From Octopus vulgaris (taxonomy: Eukaryota): a stretch of 64,000 nucleotides of DNA. This document shows, piece after piece, positions 26,028 through 40,700 of this stretch (positions are counted from its first letter, which is position 1; every line of letters starts with the position of its first letter). The stretch is from positions 78,058,001 to 78,122,000 of the forward strand of contig OX597816.1 of assembly GCA_951406725.2 (NCBI GenBank), given 5' to 3'. The translations under genes and the position numbers were made by a program. Below the pieces are notes generated by a model that made no database searches, had not been told where the DNA came from, and worked only from the letters and a program-made list of their open reading frames with translations.

Positions 26028-26085
<58 letters not shown>
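26028..26085. repeat. (GATA)n microsatellite
   Basis: Pure run. Confidence 0.97.
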
Positions 26086-26086
<1 letters not shown>

Positions 26087-29000
26087 GTTAGTCTCGCTAT
26101 GCCTAAGTGAAATATTAATGTGTGTGTACGTGTGGTTGTGTGTGCGCGTGTGTTTGTGTGTGTGCGCGTATACTAAGATACATACAAGAGGTGACAAACA
26201 AATAATGCATGGAGTTAGACAAGCGAAAGCACGTGCCTGAAAAGCCAAGAAATATAAAGCAAAAAATAACAACTGAGAAGTATACAATGAAGATAAATGT
26301 GCCAGAGGAAGAAACAGGAAAGAATCTAGCATTTCGACGGACATCCGTTATCAAAAAGAAGGAAAAGGATTAAGAGATGCAAGAGAAAGAGAAGATATAC
26401 AATACCGAATTTAAAACGTCGCTTTGCATGCTATTTCTTAAATTCTATATCACCTGGTCTCCTATCGTTTGTTGTAAAGAAAATATGTAGTTTCTATTTA
26501 GTTGTATCGTGACATAATATATAACACGTGATTAGAATATATACAGTGTTTATATTTAAATGTATCATTTACATACAGACACACACTTGTGACCGTATTT
26601 TCCGGCGTATAAGATGCACTCTCCAATAAGATGCACCACTATTTTCCAAGTATATTTAGTATGTTTAATCACACACTTATTGGAAGATATTTTAAAGTAA
26701 CTTACTGGGGGAAATTCATAATTCTGTACATGTAAATATAATATTGAGACAGTATCCCGGAATATAATATGAAACCATAAATTTATCAAATATAAACTAC
26801 GTTATGAGATTATCATATCTCAGTTTCGCCTTCTTTTCGATCATCTGTATAGTTATTTATATTTTAGCCAAGTGAACTGTCATACAGGATGTGAAACTCG
26901 TATATATGGCGTTTTAGGCCAAGACTGTTGTACACTACTGCTATGATTTTGTTGTCATCCTCTCGTTTCAAAAAACCCTAATAAAGGGATGAACGTTTGT
27001 TAACATTCCATTCATCTTTCTATGGTAATTTTTCATGTAGAAAAATTTTATAAAAAATATTCATCAGATGAGGCTTATGTTTACGGAGTGGTATAAGCTA
27101 ATGTAACCTTCCCACGTAACTGTCAACGAAGAAGCAAATTTTCGAAAGTTTGTGCCGCGGCAGATTGTGATATTTTGGCTTGTTTTCTTTTTATCCAATC
27201 CCTCCTTCATTTTTTTTTTTAGGTATGGTGTGATTTGAAGACAATATTACTGTTATTTCTAGCAGACCTAACAACAACATAGGGAGCACTCTAGTTTTCA
27301 AATAAATGAGTAGAGGCATTTATTATTTAAACATCTGAACGTAAGGCACATAACACAGTGCTAATGACAAGATGCGAACTATTTCACTTGTTGATTGTCT
27401 CATACTCTACACTGAGGGACACGTGCGCGCGCGTATGTGTGCATGAGCCTAAATCTGCTTTCAAGCTGAATGGATAATTTACATACAGCTAAGCCTATTT
27501 CTCAGCAACTTCATTGATTGGCTATGTTGATATTCTATAATTCCTCGACATTAGTTCTACTGATAATAATAGAACCATTATGGATATATCCTTGCAAATA
27601 CACTTTTAGTTTTACTAATGTCCCTTTTAGATGACAGTAATCTATGTTTTATTACTGTTAAAATATTAATTTATCTTCATTCTCTGCAGTTGTTTCCGAG
27701 ATCATTTAAAAATAACTTATGCAGAGTAACATTTGCTGCTGTGTTCAATATTAAATGAGTGGCTGCAGCCTGTTGAGTATTTTTGGTAACAGAATCCTGA
27801 TTAGATTAAGCTTGAGAGGCGATTGCTTGCGAAGTAAGGATTTGTAGATAAGCCATGCTCTTAAATAATCTAATGTTTAGGATTAAGTCCCTATCTGGTG
27901 TGAATATTCGCTTCACTAGGCAGTTGGCTTTAAATATCTCTTCACTATTCTTTGTCGTGAGATTCATCAGCTTAAAAAAATATACTTCATAAAATAATTT
28001 TAAAAATTGAAATTCTTTGATTAATTGAAGAAAACTTTTCACGACTTCTTTAAATTAAGTAATCACGAGCAGTAACTAGTTGGATTGAACCTATGAATCT
28101 ACTAGGACAGATTTATAAAACAAAGGAAAGAGTTTGTATTAGCGTTAGAATAAATTAAGATAATTTATTTGAAGTGGAAATTGACTTGTAGGTAGGACTT
28201 AACCAAGTTAATCTCTTGCTAGATGGCGCTTGAAATATTTATAATGGCTTCAAAGTTTGACACAAGGCCAGCAATATTAGGGGAGGAAAAAATATTGCTA
28301 AGTATTTTATCCGACTCTTTGCGTTCTGAGTTCAAATCCCGATCCTACCAGCTCACTGCCATTACTCAAAATATTCATCATAATGATTTCTTTTATCAAG
28401 AGGCGGGTTTAAATTTGGTAGGATATTTATTTCGTTGATCCTGGAGAACAGATAAACAACGCCCGGTTACAACCTGATAAAAGCCATCCCCTACAAATAT
28501 ACACAGTGAACAACACACGTCCCTCTCGAACCCTATAGCACCTCAAGCCAGCTGATTTGGCTGGACACAACCAGTATCTCTAGCAAAGTATCTGCTTTAT
28601 CTTGGATCTATCCGAAACAACTAAGGTATTCTACTTAGGTATGTAGTTTTACCTTCTTCACACACTCAAGTTTGTCTTTGTGGTTATGTGCGCAAGCATG
28701 GTTGTATGGTTGATAACTATTTTGAAACCATGAGCTTCCGATTCTGCGGTGCTTTAGGCGAGTTCTACTACAATTATCTCGAGTTACCTATTGTTAATAA
28801 GGGAAACTTGATTAACACTATGCGGTAGACCGTCTCAGTGCACACGCGCATAACTATATATGCGTGCGGATGTGTGTGTGAAGATATACGTATGTATTTC
28901 GGGGGTGCGAAAACTAAGCTGACCTTGACAAGATTTGAACTTGTAACGTTAAGAGCCGTAACAAATACCACTAGCATTCTGTCAATCTAACACCTTTTAC

Positions 29001-29274
29001 CATCCTTTTAATTATCTAACTTTTCTTCGAGACTGTAGATATTTAGGTCGTCGACAAAGCAAGTATGAATTACCTTAGTATTTCTAGCAGTCTTGATATA
29101 TAAGTACTGGATTTTTGTGAGAAAAATAAAAATTGGACCAGTCCTAAAATAATGAAAAGCACGGAGAAATGGTCACCTTAAAGACAATCGTTGTTCTTTT
29201 AGTCTCAAGAACAATTGATTTATCAGTAGTTTGTAAGTCGTTCAAATGCCGCCCCAAAGGCAGCATGTAATGAA

Positions 29275-29380
29275 AGGCGAGGAGCTGGGAGAAACGTAAG
29301 CAGGCCGGGAAAAGTTAGCGGTATTTCGTCTGCCGCTGCGTTCTGAGTTCAAATTCCGCCGAGGTGGACTTTACTTTTGG
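29275..29380 (+). mobile_element. tRNA-derived SINE head (8948 family)
   Basis: ttagcggtatttcgtctg...gttctgagttcaaattccgccgagg. Confidence 0.75.
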
Positions 29381-29624
29381 CCGTTGGTATCGCTTTCATA
29401 TTATCATTTTCTTTCACTTAACAATTCATTTTTCATAAATTTTAATTATAATGTTCTATGTCCCCATGTCTTTTGGTGTCCCCCTCTGTGTCGCCCCTAG
29501 TGGGTAATAAAGAATCACCAAAGGCAGCATGTAATTTCACTGAATACACTGCTTCAAGCATCTATATGTGAAAAAGAGAATCAAGACTTTATCTATAACT
29601 GAGCCACATTATTACGAGATTTCA

Positions 29625-29835
29625 GTAGTGAGTTGGTAAAATCGTTAGTACACCGAACAACTTGCATAGCGGCATTTTCTCCGGCTTTACTTTTTGAGTT
29701 CAAATTCGGCGAAAAGTGACTTTGCCTGTCAGCTTTTCGAGGTCAGTTGAATAAGTACCAATTGAGCACTGGAGTTGATGTAATCGAATAGCCCTCCCCG
29801 TCAAAATATATTTTCAATCTAGTGCCTATAGTAGA
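29625..29835 (+). mobile_element. tRNA-derived SINE, degenerate (8948 family)
   Basis: gagttcaaattcggcg...gactttgcc...aataagtacca. Confidence 0.65.
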
Positions 29836-30424
29836 AAGAAACAAATTATTTTTTATTTTCAATTTAGACATTGCACATCAATTAAAAATTGCGCGACACA
29901 TCGTCACACTCGATTCTTTCTACCTAACACTTTGTCACTTACTCTTTGTCTTACTTATAGTGACCGTAGAATTGATTTTGGAAATTTGCGTACAGTTTGT
30001 AAATAATGTTTATATAAACTCTCAACTTACAGCAGTTTTTCTAGAAAATTAGTTTTCATTATTGGCAACAAGGTGTGCCAATTTCACTTTTTACCGATTT
30101 GTATTTTTTTCTTTTTATCATTATTAATCTACGTCATCTTCCAGTGTCTGGTGAGTTTCCAGTAATGCAACTTTCCTATAACTTTAATTTATAAAAGTTT
30201 CAGTTACTAGTGTATTTTATCATTGGTGTTTGTACAGTAATCATTTCAGTGCTCATTTATTTTATTTATTTTATATCGCTATTTAAGATCAACAGCACCC
30301 TTTGTTCCGGCTTCCTAACGGTTAACCCTTTGTCCCATGCATATCTGACAATGAGAACAATAACGGAGCGTGTGTAACTCGGAGTTGAACAAATATCTCA
30401 ATGCACTTCATTTTTAAAACATCT

Positions 30425-30534
30425 AGATAGATAGATAGGTAGGTAGGTAGGTAGGTAGGTAGGTAATTAGGTAGGTAGGTAGGTAATTAGATAGGTAGGT
30501 AGGTAATTAGATAGGTAGGTAGGTAGATAGATAG
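30425..30534. repeat. (GATA)n/(GGTA)n compound microsatellite
   Basis: Visible tandem run. Confidence 0.95.
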
Positions 30535-31497
30535 GGAAAGCTACAAAAGACAGACATCAAAAATAACACAGGATAAGTCCATAATCAAGGTTTTTAGTTT
30601 GACATTCTGAGAAATGGAAAGAGATAAATAGAATGACGTTTCGGACAATGTCCGTTTTCAAGACAGGGTACAATGTGGAAAGAGATGAGGTAAGACGGCG
30701 AGAACTCTCCGAAAGAATAAGAGATGCAACAACAAAAATGCCCACGTTAAGCTTATGTATGTAGGACGGTGTGAGCGCGCTTGTGGAAGCACGTGATTTA
30801 GTGTGTTGTACTCATGATCCTGAGATTGTGTTTCGATTCTTGGACTGGGTGATGTATTGCGTACTTAATTTCACATAAAATTTCACATATAGTTAATTTT
30901 ATATTATTTAAGTCTATGAACTATATTTGGAATACAGAACATTATAATGAATTTTATACATACTTATTATAGATTACTGCAGAAAAGTTACAAAGGGGAC
31001 ATATATGGATTTCAAGATTCTAATACTAAAGTGTACTTACCAAAATTAAAAGCAATAATTTTAAATTTATATTTCAAACAAACACCATTTTCCCATATTA
31101 CTTCATATTTTTAAGAAGAGTTGTCTATAAATGCTGATCAATATAGGATTGCATTATAGGGACAACACTTCTGTGAAGCGATCGTAAGATGCTTTAAGAA
31201 TTTAATTCGAAACTTTTAAACTGTCATATTTATTATTATATATTCATACTTATACATATTTACATATATTTATATATATTTATATTTTTAATACAACAAT
31301 TATTCTACACAAGTATATATCTTTCGGAAGAATTTTCTGATATTAATTTCCTGATATTATTAACAACATATTATATAGCATATATAATCGCTCGTATTAA
31401 AAGTATAAATACTTAAATAGTATTAATACTTTGATACAATAGAGCACTCAATGTAAATTCAGTATATTATATTCTCATTGAATATATTTAACTAAAG

Positions 31498-31575
<78 letters not shown>

Positions 31576-31600
31576 GTATACATGTATATATATGTATATA

Positions 31601-31955
31601 CTCTTTACTCTTTTACTTGTTTCAGTCATTTGACTGCGGCCATGCTGGAGCACCGCCTTTAGTCGAGAAAATCGACCCCAGAACTTATTCTTTGTAAGCC
31701 CAGTACTTATTCTATCGCTCTTTTTGCCGAACCGCTAAGTGGCGGGGACATAAACACACCAGCATCGGTTGTCAAGCAATGCTAGGGGGACAAACACAGA
31801 CACACACACACACATATATATACATATATACGACAAGGCATTGGTCGGCCCGGGGCTATAGCAGAAGACACTTGCCCAAGACGCCACGCAGTGGGACTGA
31901 ACCCGGAACCATGTGGTTGGTTAGCAAACTACTTACCACACAGCCACTCCTGCAC
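31601..31955 (-). mobile_element. tRNA-derived cephalopod-type SINE, near full length
   Basis: Reverse complement of 49592-49996. Confidence 0.88.
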
Positions 31956-31956
31956 C

Positions 31957-32312
<356 letters not shown>

Positions 32313-32314
32313 CC

Positions 32315-32987
32315 TTAAATCCTTAAAAATGTTTTAGCCCGAAGGCCGCGGCCATGCTGGGGCACCACCGCTGAATGAGCTACACTAGTTTGTGAATCCA
32401 CCTCTGATACGTGGCACTTGATCAACAAGGGAGTTCGATGCTGCTGCCCGCATCCGTGTCTCCTGTCGTGAGGTAGGTTCATCTGGGACTCCCAACAAGA
32501 AGAGATCCAGTTTAGTTTTACAGAAACCCACATCCACACCATGTAAGTCTCTCAGGCATTTAGGGAGGATGTTAAAGAGCTGTGGTCCTCTGAAACCCAA
32601 GCTGTTGCAGTATCTGGACCTGTATTTTGATGGTGATGTTGGAATCCTTGGCACCACGCAGCGGCGCCCGTTCTGCGGTTGGAGTAACTTTGAATGCCAA
32701 AGTTTGGGACAAGACCCTCCAGGATTTTCCAGATGTATATCACTGCATATCTCTCCCGCCTCCGCTCCAGGGAGAAGAGGTTTAATACCTTCAGTCTTTC
32801 CCAGTAGCTGACATTTTGCATTGAGACGATTTTCTTTGTGTAGCTTCTCTGAGTTGCTTCGAGTTCTGCTGTTTGTTTTATATTGTGTGGTGACCAAAGT
32901 TGGGAGCAGTAGTCCAAGCGGCTGAGGACAAATGTTTTCCATAGGACCATCAGTGTCTCCTTCTCTCTTGTTCTGAAAGTTCGGAGA
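32315..32987 (-). mobile_element. CR1-group LINE 3' end (ORF2 C-terminus + 3'UTR)
   Basis: [43 protein letters not shown]; short tandem tail; inserted in (TA)n. Confidence 0.88.
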
Positions 32988-33433
<446 letters not shown>

Positions 33434-33649
33434 GTTATCGCCATACTAATATGGCATTCTTATAAAAATAAGAATAAAGCTGTCCGCTTATTAGCTCCAT
33501 GAGGCCATCGCCTTAAGTTAGCTATTTGATACACAAACTGTATCCATATAACCTTCGAACAAGGGAGGCCAGTCGCTCCACACTACTATTATTTTCCGGG
33601 AACGCTGCCGCTGTTCTCTTTTAGAGAGACTTAGTAATTTTGATATTTC

Positions 33650-33850
<201 letters not shown>

Positions 33851-35178
33851 GTATATATATGTATATATATGTATATATCTCTTATTATATGTATATATCT
33901 CTTATTATAAATATATATATGTATATATCTCTTATTATAAAAGGCAGATTTTATCTGCCTCCCTTTGTAACTTATAGAAATCTACAATATAGGATTTCTT
34001 CAATTACAATTTACCTAGCATTTTTAAGAGTAGAATGCATCGGGTCATGCCAGGTCCAGTTTTTAAAATTTAAACTCCAATTAAGCAAAATTTACAGAAA
34101 ACTCACATTCTGGTGTGTATGTCAAATGCTTTTCTTAATGTGGTTTACACCACACGCACACGCACACACACAGTGTGCAACGAATAAAATGAAAGTAAAT
34201 AGCGACAGAGTGATTTGAGGAAGACTAAACTGAAAGTATTTAAACCACTACTCAAAAAATAAAAAAACACAGCAAACAGAAACAAATAAATACATAACGA
34301 TTTACTCCTCACACAATTTCTTCAATTAGAGTGTACCCATGATTTTTCAGAGTACTTCAGTGGGTGATGCCATAAAAAATTTCTTTCAATTTTACCACCA
34401 ATTAAGACAAAATTCGAGAAAACTCAATATTTTAACATATCACTCCGAAAGCATTGATGTACATGTGTGCGTGCGTGAGTGTGTGTGTGTCATTCCTCAC
34501 ACACACGCATACACATACATATATGAGAGTGGCAAACACAAACGTTTCAAACAACTACATACAAACACGTGTGTGTTTGTTATTAGTAAAAAAGGCGCCA
34601 AAACATAACTCACTTATCATTCCAACACATTTGCAAAGACACACGGACGGTGGAATTGCTATAACAATACAGAAAAGGTAAATTGGTTTTTATTTTACTC
34701 TGTATATATTTTATTATATAATATTATATATAGATATATGTATATATAATTGCAGTATGAAACAGTGTTTATGTATAAACAGACGACACTTATATATAGT
34801 TATTATAATAAGAGATTAATAAATGTATGCATCCGTTTAACCCTTTCGTTACCAAACCGCCCGAATTTACCTATTCATATTTAAATGAGAATATCAGAGC
34901 AAATCTCTTTAGTACATTCGTGAAAACACGTATTATACTTCGTAAACACTTCAACTACAGTTTTGTACAAAAATCGAAGTGTAATTTTAATTCCGTGAAT
35001 TATGGGAGATTTTTTTCCGAAATTTGTTCCTATTGTGTTTTCAAAATTTGTAATTCTGACAAAAAATGGATACGAATTTCATTATATCAAGCAGCGAGTC
35101 AGAATTCGAAGGATTTTCTACTGAAGACCTTCATAAATCTAACTCTATGACTGAAAAAAAAAGCATCTTTATATAAGA

Positions 35179-35278
35179 NNNNNNNNNNNNNNNNNNNNNN
35201 NNNNNNNNNNNNNNNNNNNNNNNNNNNNNNNNNNNNNNNNNNNNNNNNNNNNNNNNNNNNNNNNNNNNNNNNNNNNNN
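35179..35278. other. Assembly gap (100 N, true size unknown)
   Basis: Run of N. Confidence 1.
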
Positions 35279-37745
35279 CCCCTGAGAAATTCCAGGGCCA
35301 GCTGCCATTGGGATACCCTGGTGGCCGGCAAACATGATCAACTGCTCCTCTATGTCCGTGATCAGTGCTCCGGACAAAGGTTCCTAATTGACCCAAGTGC
35401 AGAAGTCAGCGTAATACCAGCGTTGCCAAGGGGCCTCTGTTATGAAAAACGATGCCAACCTTTAATGACCACCAATGGCTCCACAATCGAGGTGTATGGT
35501 TGCCACGTCCTATTTCTCAAAAGGACGCTGCTCACAAATATACACCTGGGCATTCACCATTGCCGATGTCCATCAGCCCATTATCGAGGCAAACTTTCTT
35601 CGAGCACACTTGCTACTGGTTGATTTGCAGGGGAGATGACTCATCAACAGCAACACATACATTGCCATGTCTCTGGCAACATTTGCAAATGCTGTCCACC
35701 ACATAGCAACCATCTCTCAGACCAAGAACAAATTCTTGAATCTCTTTGTGAGTCACCCCAATCTCACAACCCTGACATTCTCCAAACCTACAGCCCACCA
35801 TGAAGTGCCACACCACATCCCCACCACCAGCCTTCCAGTGCACAACCATGCACATCATCTATCACCAGACAAACTTACTATCACAAAGGCCAAGTCTGAC
35901 AATATGGAAGCACTGGACATAATTCGCCAATCAAGCAGTCTTTGGTTGTCACCCCTGCAAGTGGCACTGAAACCCAATGGAGGTAGGCAACCTTGCAGAG
36001 ATTACCGCCATCTCAACACATACATGACACCCGACTGCTACCCCATTCTGCCATACAGGACTTCTCAGCCCAGCTAGCCGAGTGCTCAGTTTTCTTGAAG
36101 GTCAACCTCATCTGAGGTTACCAACAAATACCAGTACAAGATGACAATGTATCTAAAACAGTTGTGACAACTCCTTTTGGGCTGTATGAATTCCTATGTA
36201 CACCCTTCGACCTGAAAAACACAGTACAAGCCTTCCATCACTTGAAGGACAGTGTGTGCAGGGGTCTTGATTTTGTCTTTGCATACTTAAATGATATCCT
36301 TATCACAAGCCAAAATGCAGAGCTACACAACAAGCACTTAGTGACTCTTTTTGATAGACTGGAACAGTATGGTCTAGTAATCAACCCCACCAAGTGTGTT
36401 TTTAGTATTACAGAAATCAAACTCCTGGGACATCAAATCACAGGTGTTGGTGCTGCACCCCTGCCAGAAAAGTGAAAGCTATCTTATATTTTCCATGTCC
36501 CACCACAAGCAAGGCCCTACACCAATTTCTGGACATGGTAAACTTTTACCATCGCTTCATCCCTTCTGCAGCAAGAGTGATCAGATCCCTATGCAAAGCA
36601 ATGTCAAAAGATGGTTCAAAAGGACAGGTGGAGTGGGATAATGCAATGACTTTAGCCTTCAAATCCACAAAACAAGTCCTGGCTAAAGCAACCATGCTGT
36701 TCCATCTTCATATGTCAGCTTCGACTGCATTCACAGTTGATGCCTCCGACACAGCAAATGGGGTCATTTTGGAACAACGCATCAATGGTCAGTGGTGACC
36801 AACTTGCCTTCTTCAGTCAACAACTATGACCTTCGGAACAGAAATACAGTGCTTTTGACAGGGAACTGCTGGCTGTCCATCTAGGTGTCTGCCACTTTCA
36901 CATTTTCTTGAAAGCTGCACATTTACAGTGTTCAGAGACCACAAACCACTCACCTTTGTTATGAGCAAGCTCTCAGAGCCTCGGTCTGCACACCAGCAAT
37001 GACAGCTATCAGCCAATTCTGAGTACACCGTGGACATCCAACACAGCTGGAAAAGGCAACTCAGCTGCTGACACACTCTCTCATATTCCTATCTAGCCCC
37101 AATAACAGAAGGTCTGGATTACAAGGCTATAGCTGCAGTCCAACAGACAGATGACGAGATCAGGACCTATAACACTATCAACATGTTACTCTCCTTGCAG
37201 GATGTGCACTATGGCTCCAACAGCACAACCCTACTGTGTAATGTAACCACTTGGAAGCCACAACCGATTGTCCCATTAGCTTGGCGCAGGAAGGTTTTCA
37301 ATGTCATTCATGGACTGTTCCATCCATGTACTAGAGCCACACAGCACCTGCTGTCAAGCAAATTTATCTGGCAAGATAAGGCCAAGCAAATTGAGGAGTA
37401 GACCAAGACCTATATCCCCTGTCAACAAGTCAAGGTCCATCAGCACACCAAAGCACTCCTTGGCAACTATGAACCACCACAGGCCTGTTTCAACATTGAC
37501 CATGTCAGCCCCCTCCCATCTTCACAGAGTTGCTCATACCTATTGACCATGGTAAACTGCTACACTCATTGGCCTGAGGCTGTCCTTCTCCGCAGCATGG
37601 AAACAAAAAGTCAGCTGAGTTTTCATCACAAACTGGGTTGCACAACAGCCTACAATCCACAGGCCAACAGGTTAGTGGAGAGATTTCATTGCTGCCTGAA
37701 GGAACCCCTGACAACCCGACTTAACAGGCCCAATTGGGCCTTGTA
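35279..37745 (+). pseudogene. Decayed Ty3/gypsy LTR-retrotransposon pol (protease, RT, RNase H, integrase)
   Basis: FLIDPSAEVS, TTPFGLYEF, FAYLNDILI, VDASD, HGLFHP, TTAYNPQANRLVERFH in gypsy domain order; many stops and frameshifts. Confidence 0.92.
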
Positions 37746-40700
37746 GATTTTGATTCTGCACTTGGTTTATATCTTGTCTAAGATATAATGTTACACTGAG
37801 GTCATGCTTTTAGCTATAGCTAGGCAGAACATACATCATGGATGAAGGATCAACGACTGTCCAAAACTGTGCTGTATTGTGAACTCTACACTGCCCACCA
37901 TGATAAAGGGGTGATATAGAAAAGATATAGAGATGTTCTGAAGTCGCTCACTGCCTGTCATATTGACAGTGGTCTACTACAACATTTAAACATGAAGCTT
38001 GGTGATGCATGATCTACCAGTACATCTCTTATTCAAGAATACACATAAGGCTACTTTGAGGACAAAAGATAATTAAAAAGAGAACAAGGATACAATAACA
38101 CTGAACCCAGAACAGAATTTCCTTTGCAACTACTGAGGTTAGGCAGCTTACTCTATATTAGCCTAGTTAGCCTACAGTCAATATGAGCAGTCCCAACTTG
38201 AATACTCATGTGGGAAACCAAGCTATGATAATTGTTCCAAAAATAGCCAATTTATTCTAAACAAAGGACTTATCAATTGGGAAATATTTTGTCATATAAA
38301 CTGTTGAGAACTCTTCATATATAGGAGAGAAAATGGGTAAGTTTGTAGTGTCACGGGCACAGAAGGATCTTTCTCAATATTGTCAAGCAAGTGTAGACAT
38401 TTATACAGCAAAGTCTATCTCTACTCATTATCTCATAAAATATAAGAGATTCCAACAAATGTTTATTTCAATAATGTTACAAAGCTGCTCCAGAAAGTAC
38501 TCCACAGTGCTGCTTATAAAATATAACTAAAAATAAATGCAAAAAGTTCTAATATAACATATTTCAGTGAGGTTGTTTTGTGAAGAAACTTGGGGATTTG
38601 TTTAATCAGTAATACAATCTCATCAAAAATTAATTGGAAGTAATAAATTAGATCTTAGAGGGATAGGGTTTCAGTAATATTTGTCTGTAAAGCATACTTA
38701 GCAAATCAAAATTTATCTCTAGCTTATTTATTTGAGTAAGCATGTTTTATGTGCACTTCATTAAACTACAATTAATATCAGTTTCACTCTACCAAATATG
38801 CTAAAACAAAAATGTTACACATAATAAAAATTTGCACCTTCTACAAGACATCCAAAAGTCAACAAAGAGATCTAAAAACCAATAAGCCTCAGAGCCTAAC
38901 AAAATTACTAACTTAAAACACCTAAGACCTGAAGGAATCACTTGAACTCACCAATACTTGCAACTGCTTGTACAAATATAGTCAGATTCCCAGTATTTTG
39001 AAACTAAATAAATAATTACAATTCTAAAGCCAAGTTAAAACCCAAGTTATGAAGGATTTCATAGACCCATCACTCCCCGATATGCATCTTAATAATTATT
39101 CCTTCATATGACTAACCCATACATTCTTTTCTCCAAACTACAATACTGATTCAGACCACTACACTCACCCACAACACTATCTAAAAGAAGGAATACAACA
39201 GCTTGAAGTGGAGCAGAAAAAATCACTAATAAAAATAAAGCTTCTGACTACATTCCTCTTTTACGCATAAAATACTCAGATCTTAAAAAAATAATATTAG
39301 CTAAATACACTAGCTGTCAGGTCACCAACCTTCTGTAATGTACAAAAACAACACTGAACACACTGTCAAAATTTGAAACTTTCCCAATGAAATACCACTC
39401 ATTCTTTTCAAGCTAAATGTATATGACTTTCTCACACCTCCTCAAAGCATACACACAGAATACAAAAATATAGATGTTACATATAATAGCTCAACAATAT
39501 TTATAGCACATATAGAAGACAATAAAGAATAAAAATACTACAAACATACAGATACCACATTTAACCAACAGAAAGAAACAATGGTATATAAAGAATATAT
39601 TAGATCCATTATGGATCCTAGCAGAGCTGCCAGTTTATCCATAATAAACCACAACACTACAAAAAACATGACATTTTTACATCATCACAAACTGTAAACA
39701 AACCACACCCATAGACCATCTACACAATTAAATAAAAGAACTAAAAATGAAAGACAATCTGCTACTATTTGAAAAATCCTCTCAAAACACAAGGCATACA
39801 GACAATAATTCCAAACAGAGCAGCTTCTCCCAAAACCAACTCATAATAAACAAGGATGAAAACACATATATATAGAAATAACTGTAGCATCAATAGCTTC
39901 ACTAGGCCTTCATTACTGCTCTAATATGTCCACCAACTGCGTTTTTGTATGGCCAACACTAGAATCTGCAAAGCTTACAGAAATAAACTAAGATAGTGGG
40001 AAGAATACATGCTCAGACTATTACACTGGCATCTGCTCCTCAGAGCTAGCTGGTTTTATAACTCCACCTCTTGGCACTTCCAGTCACAGTTTTCTCACAC
40101 TAGCTACTATATCCATTCCTTCGTCTCCAGAACATCAGCCTCTAGAATTTCCTCTCTGTTCATGTCTTTGTTGCAGCTGTTAACAGTTCAAACAGATCAT
40201 TAACAGCATCAATGTTACCAGACTTGGTGGGCTTGCAAGGGTTGTGGGCTCTGCCTTTTCCTCCAAGTTACAGTCTTGCAAATCAAAAACATTAAAATAT
40301 GTTTCAGTAATTGTCACACTCAACATTAAAGAAACAACCAATACAACAATGAGAAATCATCATCATCATCAGAGATCTGATGGAGAACTTCAATATCTAA
40401 ATACAAATTTTTCTTCAAACTTGTTGCAATCAGCTGGTGATTATACATAGAACAAGAGAGACCTTTCTATATGAACTTGAAGCTAACAAAGAATTATAAT
40501 TGCATAAATTTTGTAGTTCTCTCTCTTTCTCATACACACACCACATTTTACATTTACCTTAAAAATTGATATTCTTTGAATGGTTCCTTATGACCCAAAT
40601 CAGTTCTTATTCAGAGTCACTGCCACCTTAGATGGTTTGGAGGACCACATCTTGAAAATATGTTTCATTTCTGGCTTGGTTTCTATGGTTAGATGCTCTT

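Noticed and set aside
33490-33526. TAGCT-CCATGA-GGC/GCC-TTAAG-TT-AGCTA hammerhead-like shape in a TA-flanked insert
   Set aside because: Lacks both CUGA and GAAA core motifs; cannot be supported without a family consensus.
33878-34850. Helitron-like 5' end (TCTCTTATTATAAAAGG, triplicated) and piggyBac-like TTAACCCT at ~34837
   Set aside because: No matching 3' hairpin/CTAG end or opposite TIR could be identified.
38800-40280. Possible very old LINE remnants (also ~9500-9920 and 56330-57200)
   Set aside because: Only faint motif echoes; too degraded to call or delimit by eye.
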